Below, in pieces: positions 1 through 11,900 of a stretch of DNA of 64,000 bases (positions within the stretch are counted from its first letter, which is position 1; each line of letters starts with the position of its first letter). The notes under the pieces are model-generated. The model saw only the letters and a list, made by a program, of their open reading frames with translations. It searched no databases and was not told the DNA's origin. Where the stretch lies: the NCBI GenBank assembly GCA_002633005.1, contig NMRA01000442.1:183074-247073 (forward strand), read 5' to 3'. A program made the position numbers and the translations under genes. This DNA is from Phoronis australis. Its lineage: Eukaryota; Animalia; Phoronida.

Positions 1-403
1 CCAGCGCGGTTCCTAAAGTTGGCGAACATGAGAAGAAAAGAAAGTGACAAAGTGTTCAAGTATTACATTTTGAAGTTAATCGATGACCCGTTACAATAAT
101 TTGTTACTGGTATCATAATTCACATTGCTAAACCGCGGTCTCTGAGGCCGTCGTTGCACCCAATGTTATCATCGATCTTAATCTAAAAGGTCGGGGATTC
201 GCGTTTCCTATTAGCACAGGGCGGTAATCACCAATCGTCAAAAGTAGGGGATGGGCGCTTAACCGAGAGGTGGGCGCTTAATTGGAAATCTTCAAACATA
301 GCAGGGGGGCGGTTAACCGAGCAGTGGGCGGTTAAATCGAAAATCCACCTAAAGTAGGGGTGGGCGGTTAACTGAGCATGGGCGTTAACCCTAACGATTA
401 CGG
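1..403. mobile_element. End of a non-autonomous Tc1/mariner/pogo-like DNA element (TA target, CCGTA terminus), truncated by the window start
   Basis: Ends ...ctaacgattacgg|TA (404-405). Subterminal repeats of tgggcg(c/g)ttaa. The reverse complement matches 62064-~62470. Confidence 0.7.
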
Positions 404-599
404 TATTTTCTTCTTATCCTCGCAAACTTCAGTTGATCTCGGTAAGTCTTCATGTATTTAGCACTCTCGTCTCATTTGTCGCATAAAAGTGATTATTAGT
501 AAATTAAAGTATAGTGTTGTCCTTTATTTCTTTTGCGCAGGGCTACTTGGGAATTTGTGCTTTTTTAATAAGGCCAGAACATAGTGCATTCACTAGTTT

Positions 600-935
600 G
601 TCCCACATATTTATATGTGGGCGCATTATGCCGTCGTCTCTCTCCGTCCGGTGTCCGCTGGTGTATCTACAAAACCCCATGGTGAATGTTGATAAAATGA
701 AGCAGATGTTCATGGATGGGATGGTGTGAAGGAATTTTCGGACGGATCCAACTACCAGTGCGCCTCCTAATGGCAATTCTAGTTTTTTTATGTTTGCCTC
801 TGTATCTTGGGTGTTCCTTAACGGAATTTGCTGAAATTAGGCAAATGGATATCAGGCAGATGACGCCACCATCGCATTTTCTAATGGATTCTAGTATTTC
901 GCGCCACCAGTATAAGGGTGATTATGAGTATTGAC
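600..935 (+). mobile_element. Fragment of the Helentron/HINE-like repeat family also present at 22950-24229
   Basis: cccacatatttatatgtggg hairpin, ccgtcc microrepeat and downstream sequence match the reverse complement of ~23900-24225. Confidence 0.6.
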
Positions 936-3900
936 ATCTTCCTGCTAAAAGGATGGCCAACGATTTTTGAACGGCTCTGATTACAGTGAATGACTCATAT
1001 TACAGTGGCTCCTTGCCACTTTTCATGCAACCCTTGAGGCTATTTTAAGTTAACTAGCATTGCTCCATATAGAGATAATGTTTTTAAAAAACAGTAATCA
1101 TTTCTTCTGGGCTTGGAATTTTCCTCTTCAGAGGATTCCCTCTTTTTGGTTTAGATTTCCTCTTTCAATTGTCTCTTTATTATTATTTTGACTTTATTCA
1201 TGCAAAAACGATTACTTCAGTTGAATTTTACAACACAGAAAATATTTCTGTCGCACAAAAGCCTATTTTTTTAGCAAAACCAGATCACCTTAAAATTTCT
1301 ATTTTGTCATTGATCATTCCAAGCCGTCTCTTGTGTGCGCTATAGGGGTTGCGCTTTTGTTCATCCACTCGTCGTTTCATCACATAATAGGATCACACGC
1401 TGTTTAAAAATGGCCAGTTGTTGCTTTGGGCAACTGAACAAAGGACAGCTCGAAGAAGTTTTATTTCGGTAGTATTTGTTTGAGTTCAGCTGGGAGGAAT
1501 TAAAACGTAACTGAGTTTACTTAACGTTGCGCAAGCACATTTTTCCAAAAGTAGTGCCATGTGGTTGTAAGTTTAAGATGCGTTGAATTTTTCGGTAAAA
1601 ACATCATTTTTACTGTTCATGTAAGAAAACAAATCGGCAAAGCTCAGGATTTTGACGACTTGCCCATGTCAAACCTGAGACGAGAGTACTATTCTCTATT
1701 TTTGAAGTGATGTTTCAATCAGTGCGAGGTATAATTCGCCAAAAAAAGTTTCCGGTGTCTGCTAGGGTCAGATAGAGACGGTGGTCACTGTCTCTATCGC
1801 ACCAGGACACAGGAAGGTCCCATTATTTTGCGCACAAGGTCCCGGCAGGCGATTGATATAAATGTCAAACGACAGTATTTTTTGTTGCTTAAGACAGCAA
1901 ACATGAAAATGACAACCCTACAAGTATTACTTGCGGATTAAACGGTGGTCATGACGTCTTTTAGCAGAGTAATTTTAAGTTTCCAAGAAATTCTCAAGTC
2001 CCAGCTTGTTTCTGAGGTTGCGTGCGCAACACACGCTGCCAATCAATTAGATGATGTCATTTTTTTGGTGCTAAATTGGGTTCCTGATGACCTCGTATGA
2101 TAGTAATTAATCATTTAGTCACACTTCTGTTAACCAATGAGTTAACCAACCCAAGTTATTTGGTCCATTTTATTGAGTGTTAATTGGATAACAGAGGCAA
2201 CCCATAAGCCCGCGAAGCTTGGATACTCAGATGATTTTGCAGTTCGTCAACGTTTTGTTTATTTGGCACACACCAACTTCCTGAATAATATTTCCAGTAT
2301 TCAACTTAATATATTTGTGCGAGTTAAGTGAAAAGTTGGACAACAAGGCTGGAAAATTTAACAGGACTAACCTCATTATTTCCGCTCCAAAATGCAGGCA
2401 GTTTCTTGTGAATGACTACCCTATGTCATTTGTTGCTGGACATCTCTGCCTTGCAAACTTTCTAAGCAGCATTTATCATCAATGTAGAAATTCCCCAAAT
2501 TATAAAAAATAGTGAAACACAACGACCTATCAAGTTTACAAAATATCACTTTATTTTACTCCAACAAATGATGCAGTACAAGGCATTACAATCTTCTTAA
2601 ACATAAAATTACAGATAAACTCATTTTAGCTGTAAAAAAATTTATCACAAATAATAAATTATAAACAAAGATTACTCAACCATCTAGACAACGTCTCTTA
2701 CTGTTCCATACTAGGATAGATAATGACCTTCATTCACAAAGAACAACCATAAATTTTAATAAATAAAAGTGGTCAGTTCTGAAATTGGCTACTTACTATC
2801 AATAGCCACTGATATCTGTCCTCCATCAAGAAAACCTACTTTTGATTTCACCCATTCACAGAAATCAACTGCTATCACAGCACAGAACAGCTCGCTTAAA
2901 GATTTGGACAGACTCCATTTTCATTTTAAGTCATGGAGTAAATGATGAACTGCAATCTTCACAAAACATGGCCGAGCAACTCGTCTTTGAAGTGATTTCA
3001 AGACATTTCTATTGTGCAACAGTAAAACATTTCATCATCACATTCACTTCAACCAGGAAACAAGTTGAGATTGCAGGATTAAATGCCCACCAGGTGACAC
3101 TAATGTGCAAAGGATCCTCTTGACGAGAATGTGAAGAGCAGTTGATCACTAGCGAATGACCACTGCTTGCATACAGCTGAAACAGAGCATTAGCACCACC
3201 TAATGGGTTTTGAGTTCCTTACTGATTACCCGACAAACTTTGAACAAAGAGTGGAAATGGCAAGTACTTCACGTAGAAACAGTTACAACAATTGTGACAG
3301 TCATTTCCCAATATTCAGGGGGTGACTGGCTCCACAAATACAATAAAACCTCACCAGATTCGAACAAAAACAATTGCCAAAATGGTACTGATCTGATACA
3401 ACGTGACTACATCTTGAGAACCAGGTTTCTATTAAATAATGGACATCAACTGGTTCTCCAAGTGCGGCCATGTAATATTAGACTCTAGCCACCAAAATTT
3501 CAAAAGGCCTGTAACTTTGCTGTGAATACCCACAATTCCCCAGAGTCATTGTCTGATGGCAGGTCTGATACATGCTGCTAAACAAGATGAGCACTCCAGT
3601 TATTTGGTGCCACAATTTCACTCGTCGGCCATATTGAGTCCGAAATTAGCGAGATTTTACCGTTACCACAACGAAGTAGAATTACAGTTGAGAAAATTGA
3701 AAACACAACATTGTCATTACTGTGTTCTAAGTGAAGCATTACCACACCACAACCACTTAGAGCATTCAGCGTAATTTTACGCGTGGGACTGTATAAGTAT
3801 GCTGTATATCTCTACAAAACTAACTTAAGGTGCATTTCACATAAGTTCCTAACGATACATCGTGAGTAAAAATTAATCAAATCAACAGGTAACGAGAGAC

Positions 3901-4954
3901 ACAGGGAGATGGGCATTTTGCAACCCAGATTCAAAGAGAGACAGGCATATTGCAACCCAGATTCTTTGGCCTGTTGTGAACAAGAGATGCCATGTTAAGT
4001 ATGAATTATATTAACGCAGGACTCAAAAAGGAGTTAAGGACAGATCACAAGTGATTAATGGTACAAACAGGGGCAGTGTCGTGTGCAGATTCGACCAAAA
4101 AAGGTGCCACATAAAAAGCCCCTTCCTAAGATTTACCTCACTGCATTGTCTGATCCTGCTCAAACTGAGCTCTCTCAGGAAATTAATCACATTAGGTTTT
4201 GGCAGTATATTTACCAAAACCTTGCACGTTCAAATGGTTTCAGTTTGATGGCTAAGTTTGCTGTTGTGTTGCCCGACATGTCCAGAAATTTTTACCAAAA
4301 GCCTGCCATGTGCACTTTATATAATGATGTCATGCAAAGTCATTTTATTTTATGTTGTTACTTGTTATATATTTTAAAAGAATTATTGTAATGGAATCGA
4401 TTAATCCTAACCCATATAAAGATTTGATAATAATCTAGCTGGATAGTGGTATCAGCACATATCTTCCATCTGGAATATGTCACAATAGTTATGTTATGCA
4501 ATTAACAGTAGCATTGGCCATATCCTCTTATTGGGATCTAACACAACAATAGTTACACAAGAATCAGCTTCCGTCAGCATAATCATCTGTACAATTTTGG
4601 CTCGTCAGGAAAGGTTTCATCACGAGGCGGACAATGAACATTATTTAAATGGCCACTCTATGAGGGAGGCAGACAACGGAGACAACAAAGACTTCAACAG
4701 CAGACTAAAAAGACCGGAGACCATGACACTAGACGAAGACGAACTGCTTTTAGGTTTCGTTCCTGGCATATAATGCATTCTGAGACATACTTTTCAATGT
4801 CTTTAAACATTCAAGGCCAGAAATAATTGGAATTTAGGAATCTGGTTCTTAAAGGTAACATTTGGAATATATGATGTCTGTTACTACCTCTGGCTGTGCA
4901 ACTTCTGGCATGACATACAACCAAGGAATAAGGTCTAACTATAATTTCTCTAGA

Positions 4955-5115
4955 CAAAGAACCAATCGAGATGAAGCAATTCGTCCGACGTATGTATCCT
5001 ACCTTGGATCCGGAAACAGGAGAGGGTCAGAAGGAAACCTTCATGTGACTTCGAGCAGTCAGTATACACCGTAGTAGTACTACCAATCCTTACAATAGAG
5101 GTCTTACAGTACCCT
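4955..5115 (+). pseudogene. Partial copy of the unknown small ORF ('ORF-X') of the LTR family
   Basis: PIEMKQFVRRMYPTLDP...SVYTVVVLPILTIEVLQY aligns with 17250-17405, with many synonymous differences. Confidence 0.55.
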
Positions 5116-5165
5116 AGATAGTCGCCAGGAAGGTGGTGGTTATTAACATTCCAAATCGTCACAAG

Positions 5166-5250
5166 ACGTACGTTGAGGTATTCGTGTGTTGTTTTAATTA
5201 CTACCACGTGCGCGCCATTTGTCGGCCGTGACACAAATCATTACACCACA
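5166..5250 (+). mobile_element. Isolated LTR 3' end (U5) fragment
   Basis: gttgaggtattcgtgtgttgttttaattactaccacgtgcgcgcca...cattacaccaca matches 8576-8654. Confidence 0.85.
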
Positions 5251-5254
5251 CACC

Positions 5255-5872
5255 CTATATACTTAGACAGCAAATTTATATGTGGTTAAATAGAATGTGG
5301 GCCAAATGCCCGAAGTGTGGCTGTAATTGCCGTCATGGACAACCAGCCTAAAACAGAAAGAAATAATGTCGGCTACAAGCCCTGAAGTTTGGTTGAAACT
5401 GTCACCACGGACAGCCAGCCTATATATGGTCAGACAGAATGTGGGCAAAACGCGCGAAGTGTGGCTACAATTGCCGTCATGGACAATCAACCAAAAAAGA
5501 AAGAAATGTAGGCTACAAGCCCTGAAGTTTGGTTGAAACTGCCACCACGGACAGCCAGCCTATATATGGTCAGACAGAATGTGGGCACAACGCGCGAAGT
5601 GTGGCTACAATTGCCGTCATGGACAATCAACCAAAAAAGAAAGAAATGTAGCCTACAAGCCCTGAAGTTTGGTTGAAACTGCCACCATGGACAGCCAGCC
5701 TATTTATGGTCAGACAGAATGTGGGCAAAATGCGCGAAGTGTGGCTACAATTGCCGTCATGAACAATCAACCAAAAAAGAAAGAAATCTAGGCTACAAGC
5801 CCTGAAGTTTGGTTGAAACTGCCACCACGGACAGCCAGCCTATATATGGTAAGACAGAATGTGGGCAAAATG
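5255..5872. repeat. 140-bp tandem repeat, about 4.3 copies (dimer of ~70-bp subunits)
   Basis: ctacaagccctgaagtttggttgaaact recurs at 140-bp spacing (about 5371, 5511, 5651, 5791). Confidence 0.95.
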
Positions 5873-6159
5873 CTTCAAACATGGCTTAAATTTCCATTGC
5901 GGACAAACAGCCCATCAATTCAGACAAGAATGTTGGTCAATCCCGACATCTATTGGAAGCACTGATGTCCCACTCATTAGAAACGATGACGCATTGAAAC
6001 ATACGGTAAAACCAAAGACCAAATCAGCTTTTAATGGTAAAACCCTTGTGACAATTAGTAATCCTACCAACCATCACACTAGAGACTACCGTATACCGTG
6101 TGGTTGGCAGAAAGGTGGTGGTTATTAACAATTAACTCTTACATTCAATACCTAAACGA

Positions 6160-6578
6160 ATGGAACTAATTACATTGAACCCAAAATCCGGACCAACCTA
6201 CCAGACCCTGCCGGCCGTGCATATGGACGCGGCTGTGGAGGGGCAATGGGTTACCTTTAGACTGGACTCGAGCGCCCACATCACTACCTTATCCCTGGTA
6301 GACTTTGCTAGGGTACTAGAAGCCATGATGCAGGATTTAGTGAGACTCCCTGCAACAATCAGTCGTGGAGCAGTCAACGTGAACCCGACGTCACCTATGC
6401 CCGGGTCCGATATGATCGTTGGATCTCTCAGGTGGACATAATTGACGCCAATTTAATGGAGGTGGTGATGGGGTTACGACCGGCCAGACGCATGCCTGTG
6501 GCCGTAACGAATATCCCTGAGAGTCTGCTGGCGGCCGACTTTTTTCACGCGCCGCTGACCCACCCGCTGCGGCTGTAG
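6160..6578 (+). pseudogene. Retropepsin-like ORF, copy 1 (one frameshift near 6320)
   Basis: YQTLPAVHMDAAVEGQWVTFRLDSSAHITTLSLVDF, then in a shifted frame YARVRYDR...RRMPVAVTNIPESLLAADFFHAPLTHPLRL*. Homologous to 17467-17862. Confidence 0.7.
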
Positions 6579-6830
6579 GCAGGTGTCGGCATAATTCATG
6601 TATGACAACACAAAAAAATATATACATAGATATATTTATATATAGTGATGACAATAAAGTTTGACAAGGAGCGTGACTTCGCTATGTAGTTTCAATGCAG
6701 GTGAGGTATAATATTTGGTTAATACGAGATGTAATGTATTATACTCCTAGTTCGTTTATATGAAAAATGCTAGGCCCTCTACATTTAATTGAGGGTTCCG
6801 AAACTTAAAACTGTATTGCAATCATATTTT

Positions 6831-6962
6831 TGACAGTAGCAGAGCTTATCACAGGCCAATTTGAGTCTTCGAAAACTGCAGTCACGATCTCCAGACAGTG
6901 AACGGCAAGGACGCAGGACCGGACGGAAAACCCACGAGTCAAGTATAAAGTATATAACCGAG
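6831..6962 (+). mobile_element. LTR leader (R-like) fragment ending exactly at the LTR splice donor
   Basis: Matches LTR ~8167-8314. Homology stops at taaccgag|, the position of AG|GT in the full LTRs. Confidence 0.7.
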
Positions 6963-6976
6963 GAACACGATCAACA

Positions 6977-7455
6977 ATGGCAGCCCAGCAACAAAAAGTT
7001 GTATACAAAACTTTGCCGGCGGAACGACTGGATGCGTCGGTGGACGGCGGGTGGATCATGTTCCGCGTGGACCTGACCACGTGCGCGCCATCTGTCGGCC
7101 GCAACGTGATTCATTACACCACACGAGTCCTTTTTGGTGCCGTGGCCAGGATATGACTGTCCTGTCATTAAGTGACTTCGCTGAGGTCCGGTATTCACGG
7201 AACCGTGCGTACGAGGGGCTCCAGGGCGACAGTCAGGCGTGGGGCGGCCCACGCGCGATGGGGGTAGAGTACGCCCAGGTTAAATACGCTAACCGGGGCA
7301 GTACAGCCGACGTAGTTGGTATATTTTGCTTGGAAGTGGAGTTGGGGGGACGCCCTCCGAGACGCATGCCCATAGCGGTGGCAGACGTCCCTGAAAGTCT
7401 GTTGGCGGCAGACTTCTACCGCACGCCACAGGTCCACCCCCTCCAGTTAGTTTAG
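6977..7455 (+). pseudogene. Retropepsin-like ORF, copy 2, disrupted by a 68-bp insertion at the catalytic-Asp motif
   Basis: MAAQQQKVVYKTLPAERLDASVDGGWIMFRVDLTT [insert 7082-7149] DMTVLSLSDFAEV...VPESLLAADFYRTPQVHPLQLV*. Confidence 0.75.
7135..7152 (+). promoter_or_regulatory. tRNA-His-type primer-binding-site-like 18-mer, 11 nt after a U5 end
   Basis: TGGTGCCGTGGCCAGGAT versus the complement of the invertebrate tRNA-His 3' end as recalled (TGGTGCCGTGACCAGGAT), 17/18. Confidence 0.65.
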
Positions 7456-7858
7456 TTTGGGGTGGCACCTTCACATTTAGTTAATTAGTTATGATATGAA
7501 ATATTTTGGTAGATTTGGTTTGAGGGGAATTATGACAAAATTATAATTTTAATAGATATAAAGTACATTTGTTTATGTAATAAGGGGTTGGTATAAAGTT
7601 CGGTTTGGTGACAGAAACATACTGTATGTGTGTGTTCCATTATATTAATTGTTGGGATAGTTTATTGTGGTTGATATTTCGTTGTGAGATGCTGTTTGTT
7701 AACCTGTTTAACGATCATCTGGAGGCTGACGACTTCCCTTTTTTTATCATTCACTTTGTTTGTATCTATAGCAGTTGTATGGCGATCACCTGGGTGACAC
7801 TTTATATTGTCGAGAACTCTACGACTTCCCAAAAATTTATTATGTAAAATTTTGGCTT

Positions 7859-7871
7859 AAAAAAGGGGGAG
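7859..7871 (+). promoter_or_regulatory. Polypurine tract
   Basis: aaaaaagggggag directly abuts the TG start of the LTR. Confidence 0.85.
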
Positions 7872-8654
7872 TGTGATATAATGAGGCACTGCCCTCCACG
7901 TGCATGCAAACATGTCTTAATATATTCCCAGGGGATGTGTATACTTCTGTGGTAGTTAAAATTCCTAAGGGATGTACATATCTCTAGAGTGGCAATTATA
8001 CGGAGATTACTCAGAGGATAGGCATATCCCTGGTGCAGCAAATCTGAGAAGAGTGGCAGTTATGCAAGAATTTTCTATAGGATAGTTAGTTAGCTGGTTA
8101 TAAGAGAGATGTACTAAAAGAGGTGGGACAATCGCGTGATGGCTACAAAGGTATTATTAAAGGCACTGACAGAGTAGACCAACGAGACCGAACCGAACAG
8201 GCCAACTCGAATCTTCAAAAACTGCGAAGACACAATCTCCGAACAGTGAACGGCAGAGACGAGAGCCAGGACCAGATGAAAAACCACATATCAAGTCGAA
8301 AGTGTGTAACAGAGGTATTGACATTTAACACAGGTGTTGGTCTCAGCCTGTTAGTCAATTTGAACCAGTCTAGCAATTGTTCTAGAGGGTTAGTTCTGTT
8401 GCGACTTGTAATGTGTTTACGTATGCGGTTGCTACTGGTAACTAGTGACATTGATGTTTAGTACTTTCTCTAGCAGTGATATCTCGTCTCATTCAGTTAG
8501 TTGTCAGTCTCGCAACATATTGTAAACTATTGTTTGTAAATCACAACGCTGCAAATTAATAGACGTATTTTATTGGTTGAGGTATTCGTGTGTTGTTTTA
8601 ATTACTACCACGTGCGCGCCATCTGTCGGCCGCAACACGAATCATTACACCACA
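7872..8654 (+). mobile_element. Complete LTR (783 bp)
   Basis: TGTGATATAATG...CATTACACCACA short inverted termini, upstream PPT, TATA-like tattattaaag at ~8152, colinear with 18299-19117. Confidence 0.9.
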
Positions 8655-8995
8655 GTATGGACACTTTAACATGGGCATTGGTCTCAGCCTGTTAGTCAAT
8701 CTTAACCAGCTTGGTGATTGTTCTAGAGGGATAGTTCTGTTGTGACTTATATTGTGTTAACGTGTGCTGTAACTACGGGTGACTAGTGGCATTGTAGATA
8801 AGTAGTCTCACCAGTAGAGATAGCTTGTCTCAATCATTTAGTCGTCAGTCTCACAACTTATTGTAAACTATTGTTTGTAAATCACAATGCTGCAAATTAA
8901 TGGACGTATTTTATTGATTGAGGTATTCGTGTGTTGTTTTATTTACTACCACGTGCACGTCATCAGTAGGCCGCAACACACCTTGATATACCACA
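8655..8995 (+). mobile_element. Second, 5'-truncated LTR starting at the GT of the internal splice donor
   Basis: gtatggacactttaac...gatataccaca aligns with 8315-8654. Confidence 0.85.
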
Positions 8996-11900
8996 ATGGC
9001 GACAAGGGTTTGGACATCCTGGGCGTGCCCTTGTTTGACAGTATAAAGATCTGGGGAATTTGGGCCTAGCAGAGTCGCTACGTCTCTTGTCTGCAGGACT
9101 CGCATGGTGTGCAGCTGTACACTCAGACTGGTACACTTACGAAGGGTGGTAAAGTGCTACCAATGTACAGGTGTGCACGGGGATCGACATCTCTTGAAAG
9201 TTTTCACCTCCACACGAACAGTTTCATTCCTGGTATGTAGTCAACACAATCACTAATTATGTTTCCATGTCATCTTCTGTAACTTTTTCCTTCAGCTTAG
9301 TCAAGTATTATTTCAGTTCATAATGTCTATTGCACTATATCTTAAACACCATTCAAATTGCTAACCATTAAATCACCACATAATATTGAACGAAACATGA
9401 AATTCTCTTCCAGAATTATTTTAATATTGTCTTTTTACACAATGTGACCTTATTGTAGGAACTCTGGCCAAGAATGTGAACTTTCAGGTCTACTTATTGG
9501 ATGGTGTCCATCGGTGGAACCAGGACCGAAGTATCCAGGCTACTGGTGGAGCAATCAAACTAACTTCATATGACGGCCAACTGAGGGATTCAGTAAACAA
9601 GCTGTCTTCCGAAATCCTAGGGGAAGAAGCGTGTGCATCATTCAAGCTGCCTAGCCAACACACTGGTATGTCCATACACTATAGCGAGTCCATGACGGCA
9701 TTTTCTCGTTCAGTGACTTTACTTGTCGTAGAGGGTTATGAGCGTGTGATAACATCTAGCTTCTTCTTTGATAACTACCAAGCACAGTCTTCTGTCTGGT
9801 ATGACAACAGGCAGGCCAATTATCTACCAGGCTTAGTAGAGGCCACGTGTTAACAGTCAAACTCTGGCCAAGGATGTGAACTTTCAAGTTTATTCATTGG
9901 ATGGTGTCCATCGGTGGAATCAGGACAGAGGTATCCAGGCAACTGGAGGGGCAAAGAAATCAACATCGTATGATGACCAACTGAGGGATTCAGTGAACAA
10001 GCGGTCTTCAGAAATCTTGGGGGAAGAAGCGTGTGCATCATTCAAGTTTCCTGGACAACACACTGGTATGATCATAAACTGCCGTGAGTCCATCACACTT
10101 GGTCATAACTTAGAAATTACTGCCAGAGGTTACCTACATGTCAGCACTCTTCAATAAGTGCCACCATTTACATGTTCATGTTCCAGGTGAGCTAACAGGC
10201 CTCGAGTATTTATACTCCCAGTCGACAGGTGCCTCCGTCGATTATAGCGCCACCCAGACAGAGCTGGAGGAGGGCAAAGCTGAGGGCCTAGGTGATGATG
10301 AAGTGCTGATAGACACTGGCGATGACTACACAATTCCTGAAATCCTCTTCGCACACTGGTTTGTATTTTACCAATTCACTATCAAACAGCGAGGTACAAC
10401 CTCATGTTCACTATAAAGGTGGAAAGCAGTAATAGCGATTGTAGTCAAAATTAGATGTTAATACGCAAACTTCATTACTGTTGCTTGTTGATGTCCATTG
10501 AAAAACAAGTTGCATTTGGTTTGTAATATTTTTCTATGCAATTATGTAATGGCAGACACTGGTGTCTTTTTCCGAACCATCTACACCAGTAACAAGGTCT
10601 GAGACAATACCAGATGGCGCTGACCTTGGGCCAGGTGGAGTGTCAGGGTACTCTGCAGTGATGGAGCTAGCCATGTATCTTGTTCATGTTTTTGTACAAC
10701 AAACAATGTTCACAACATTACAAGCGCAGCAGGTTGTGGTTCTATGGAATCGTCTATCTGATTTTGATCAGACAAGGACCAGGTTTCCAAAGCGCTTTGC
10801 TGAGTCGCCAGGTACTGGATGCTTCAGAGTCCCAAAGAAGCAGGTATCCCTTGGTGTCCCAAGTATTGAATGGTAAACATGTTATACAAAAAGGACAATA
10901 ATCTACACTGAAATTATTTTTATTTATTTATTGCAATTATTGCTGTGAAAATTGATAAATATTGTGCATTGCCAAATCGTTATTGCATTATTGGTATGGT
11001 GAGTACATGTTTCTTCAAAATTCAAAATACTAAAATCAAATACGCAGATATACATAAACAGAGTATAATAAATATTGCTTGAAGGGAACTGAAATTACAT
11101 TGAGTACAAAATTTAAAAACTTTCTCAACAAAATTCGTAAAATTCCATCCCCTAAAATGTTCATAAAGTAAAGACGCTGACAAATGTGCATCAAATGATA
11201 AATTGCTAAACATACTTATAATAGTGTTAACTTTACTTCCTTTCATTTATAAGTGTTATGATTAATAAAATTATTTGTTAATAAATAATTTTTATCGCAT
11301 TTTGAAGGGTTTTACCAGTTTTTACATTGTACCTATACAATTTTCTATTGTTTAACTACAAACACGGTAGTGTCCATTATGTTTGACTGAAGTTAGAATT
11401 CCATTCCTCAGTTCTACAACTTAACCTGTCATGATGTAGTTGCAATACCAAATTCCATTAATTGATACCAGTATGTCACTTTTGCAACATTGTATCTACC
11501 ATTGAGAAATGATGCATTCTTTAAATTTATGCAAGTGGTTTTCCTACATTCAAAGAACATTGCCCGAATACTTTGCAGATTTTTCAATGTTACTTTAATG
11601 TAAAGATTGTCAGTGTTATTTAAATTTGTTTTCATTAAGGTTGTCACACTTGCACTAAGCATGCTCACGCCTTGCGTACTATTTTACCGACTTATGCCAA
11701 GTTATATTTATACTCTATGCAGTTTAACAATTATGCTCTATGCAGTATTAAAGTAACTTCCCCTGATTATTATCTGTGAACAGAGCAATTATTTTTACAG
11801 GAGAGTACACCCTTCAGAGTGGGAAATACAGGGGGAAGTCTTTCCGGTGGCTTTTGGAAAATGTCCCAGGGTATGTGGGGTGGATGGTGAATCAAGTCAG

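Noticed and set aside
2800-4024. Possible transposase relic with a Sola-like ..gcaggactc end
   Set aside because: No matching other terminus was found and no domain was recognised in the frames examined.
4387-4800. Possible LTR of a second family (TGTAA start, tatttaaa, donor-like ag|gt)
   Set aside because: No second copy, end or TSD was found to support it.
8997-9010. tRNA-Ser-like PBS (TGGCGACAAGG) right after an LTR end, suggesting one 10-kb LTR element spanning 8655-19117
   Set aside because: The bases are in-frame coding sequence (NGDKGLDILGVP) of the DUF6729-like exon, and 17151-19117 has its own TSD. The match is probably coincidental.
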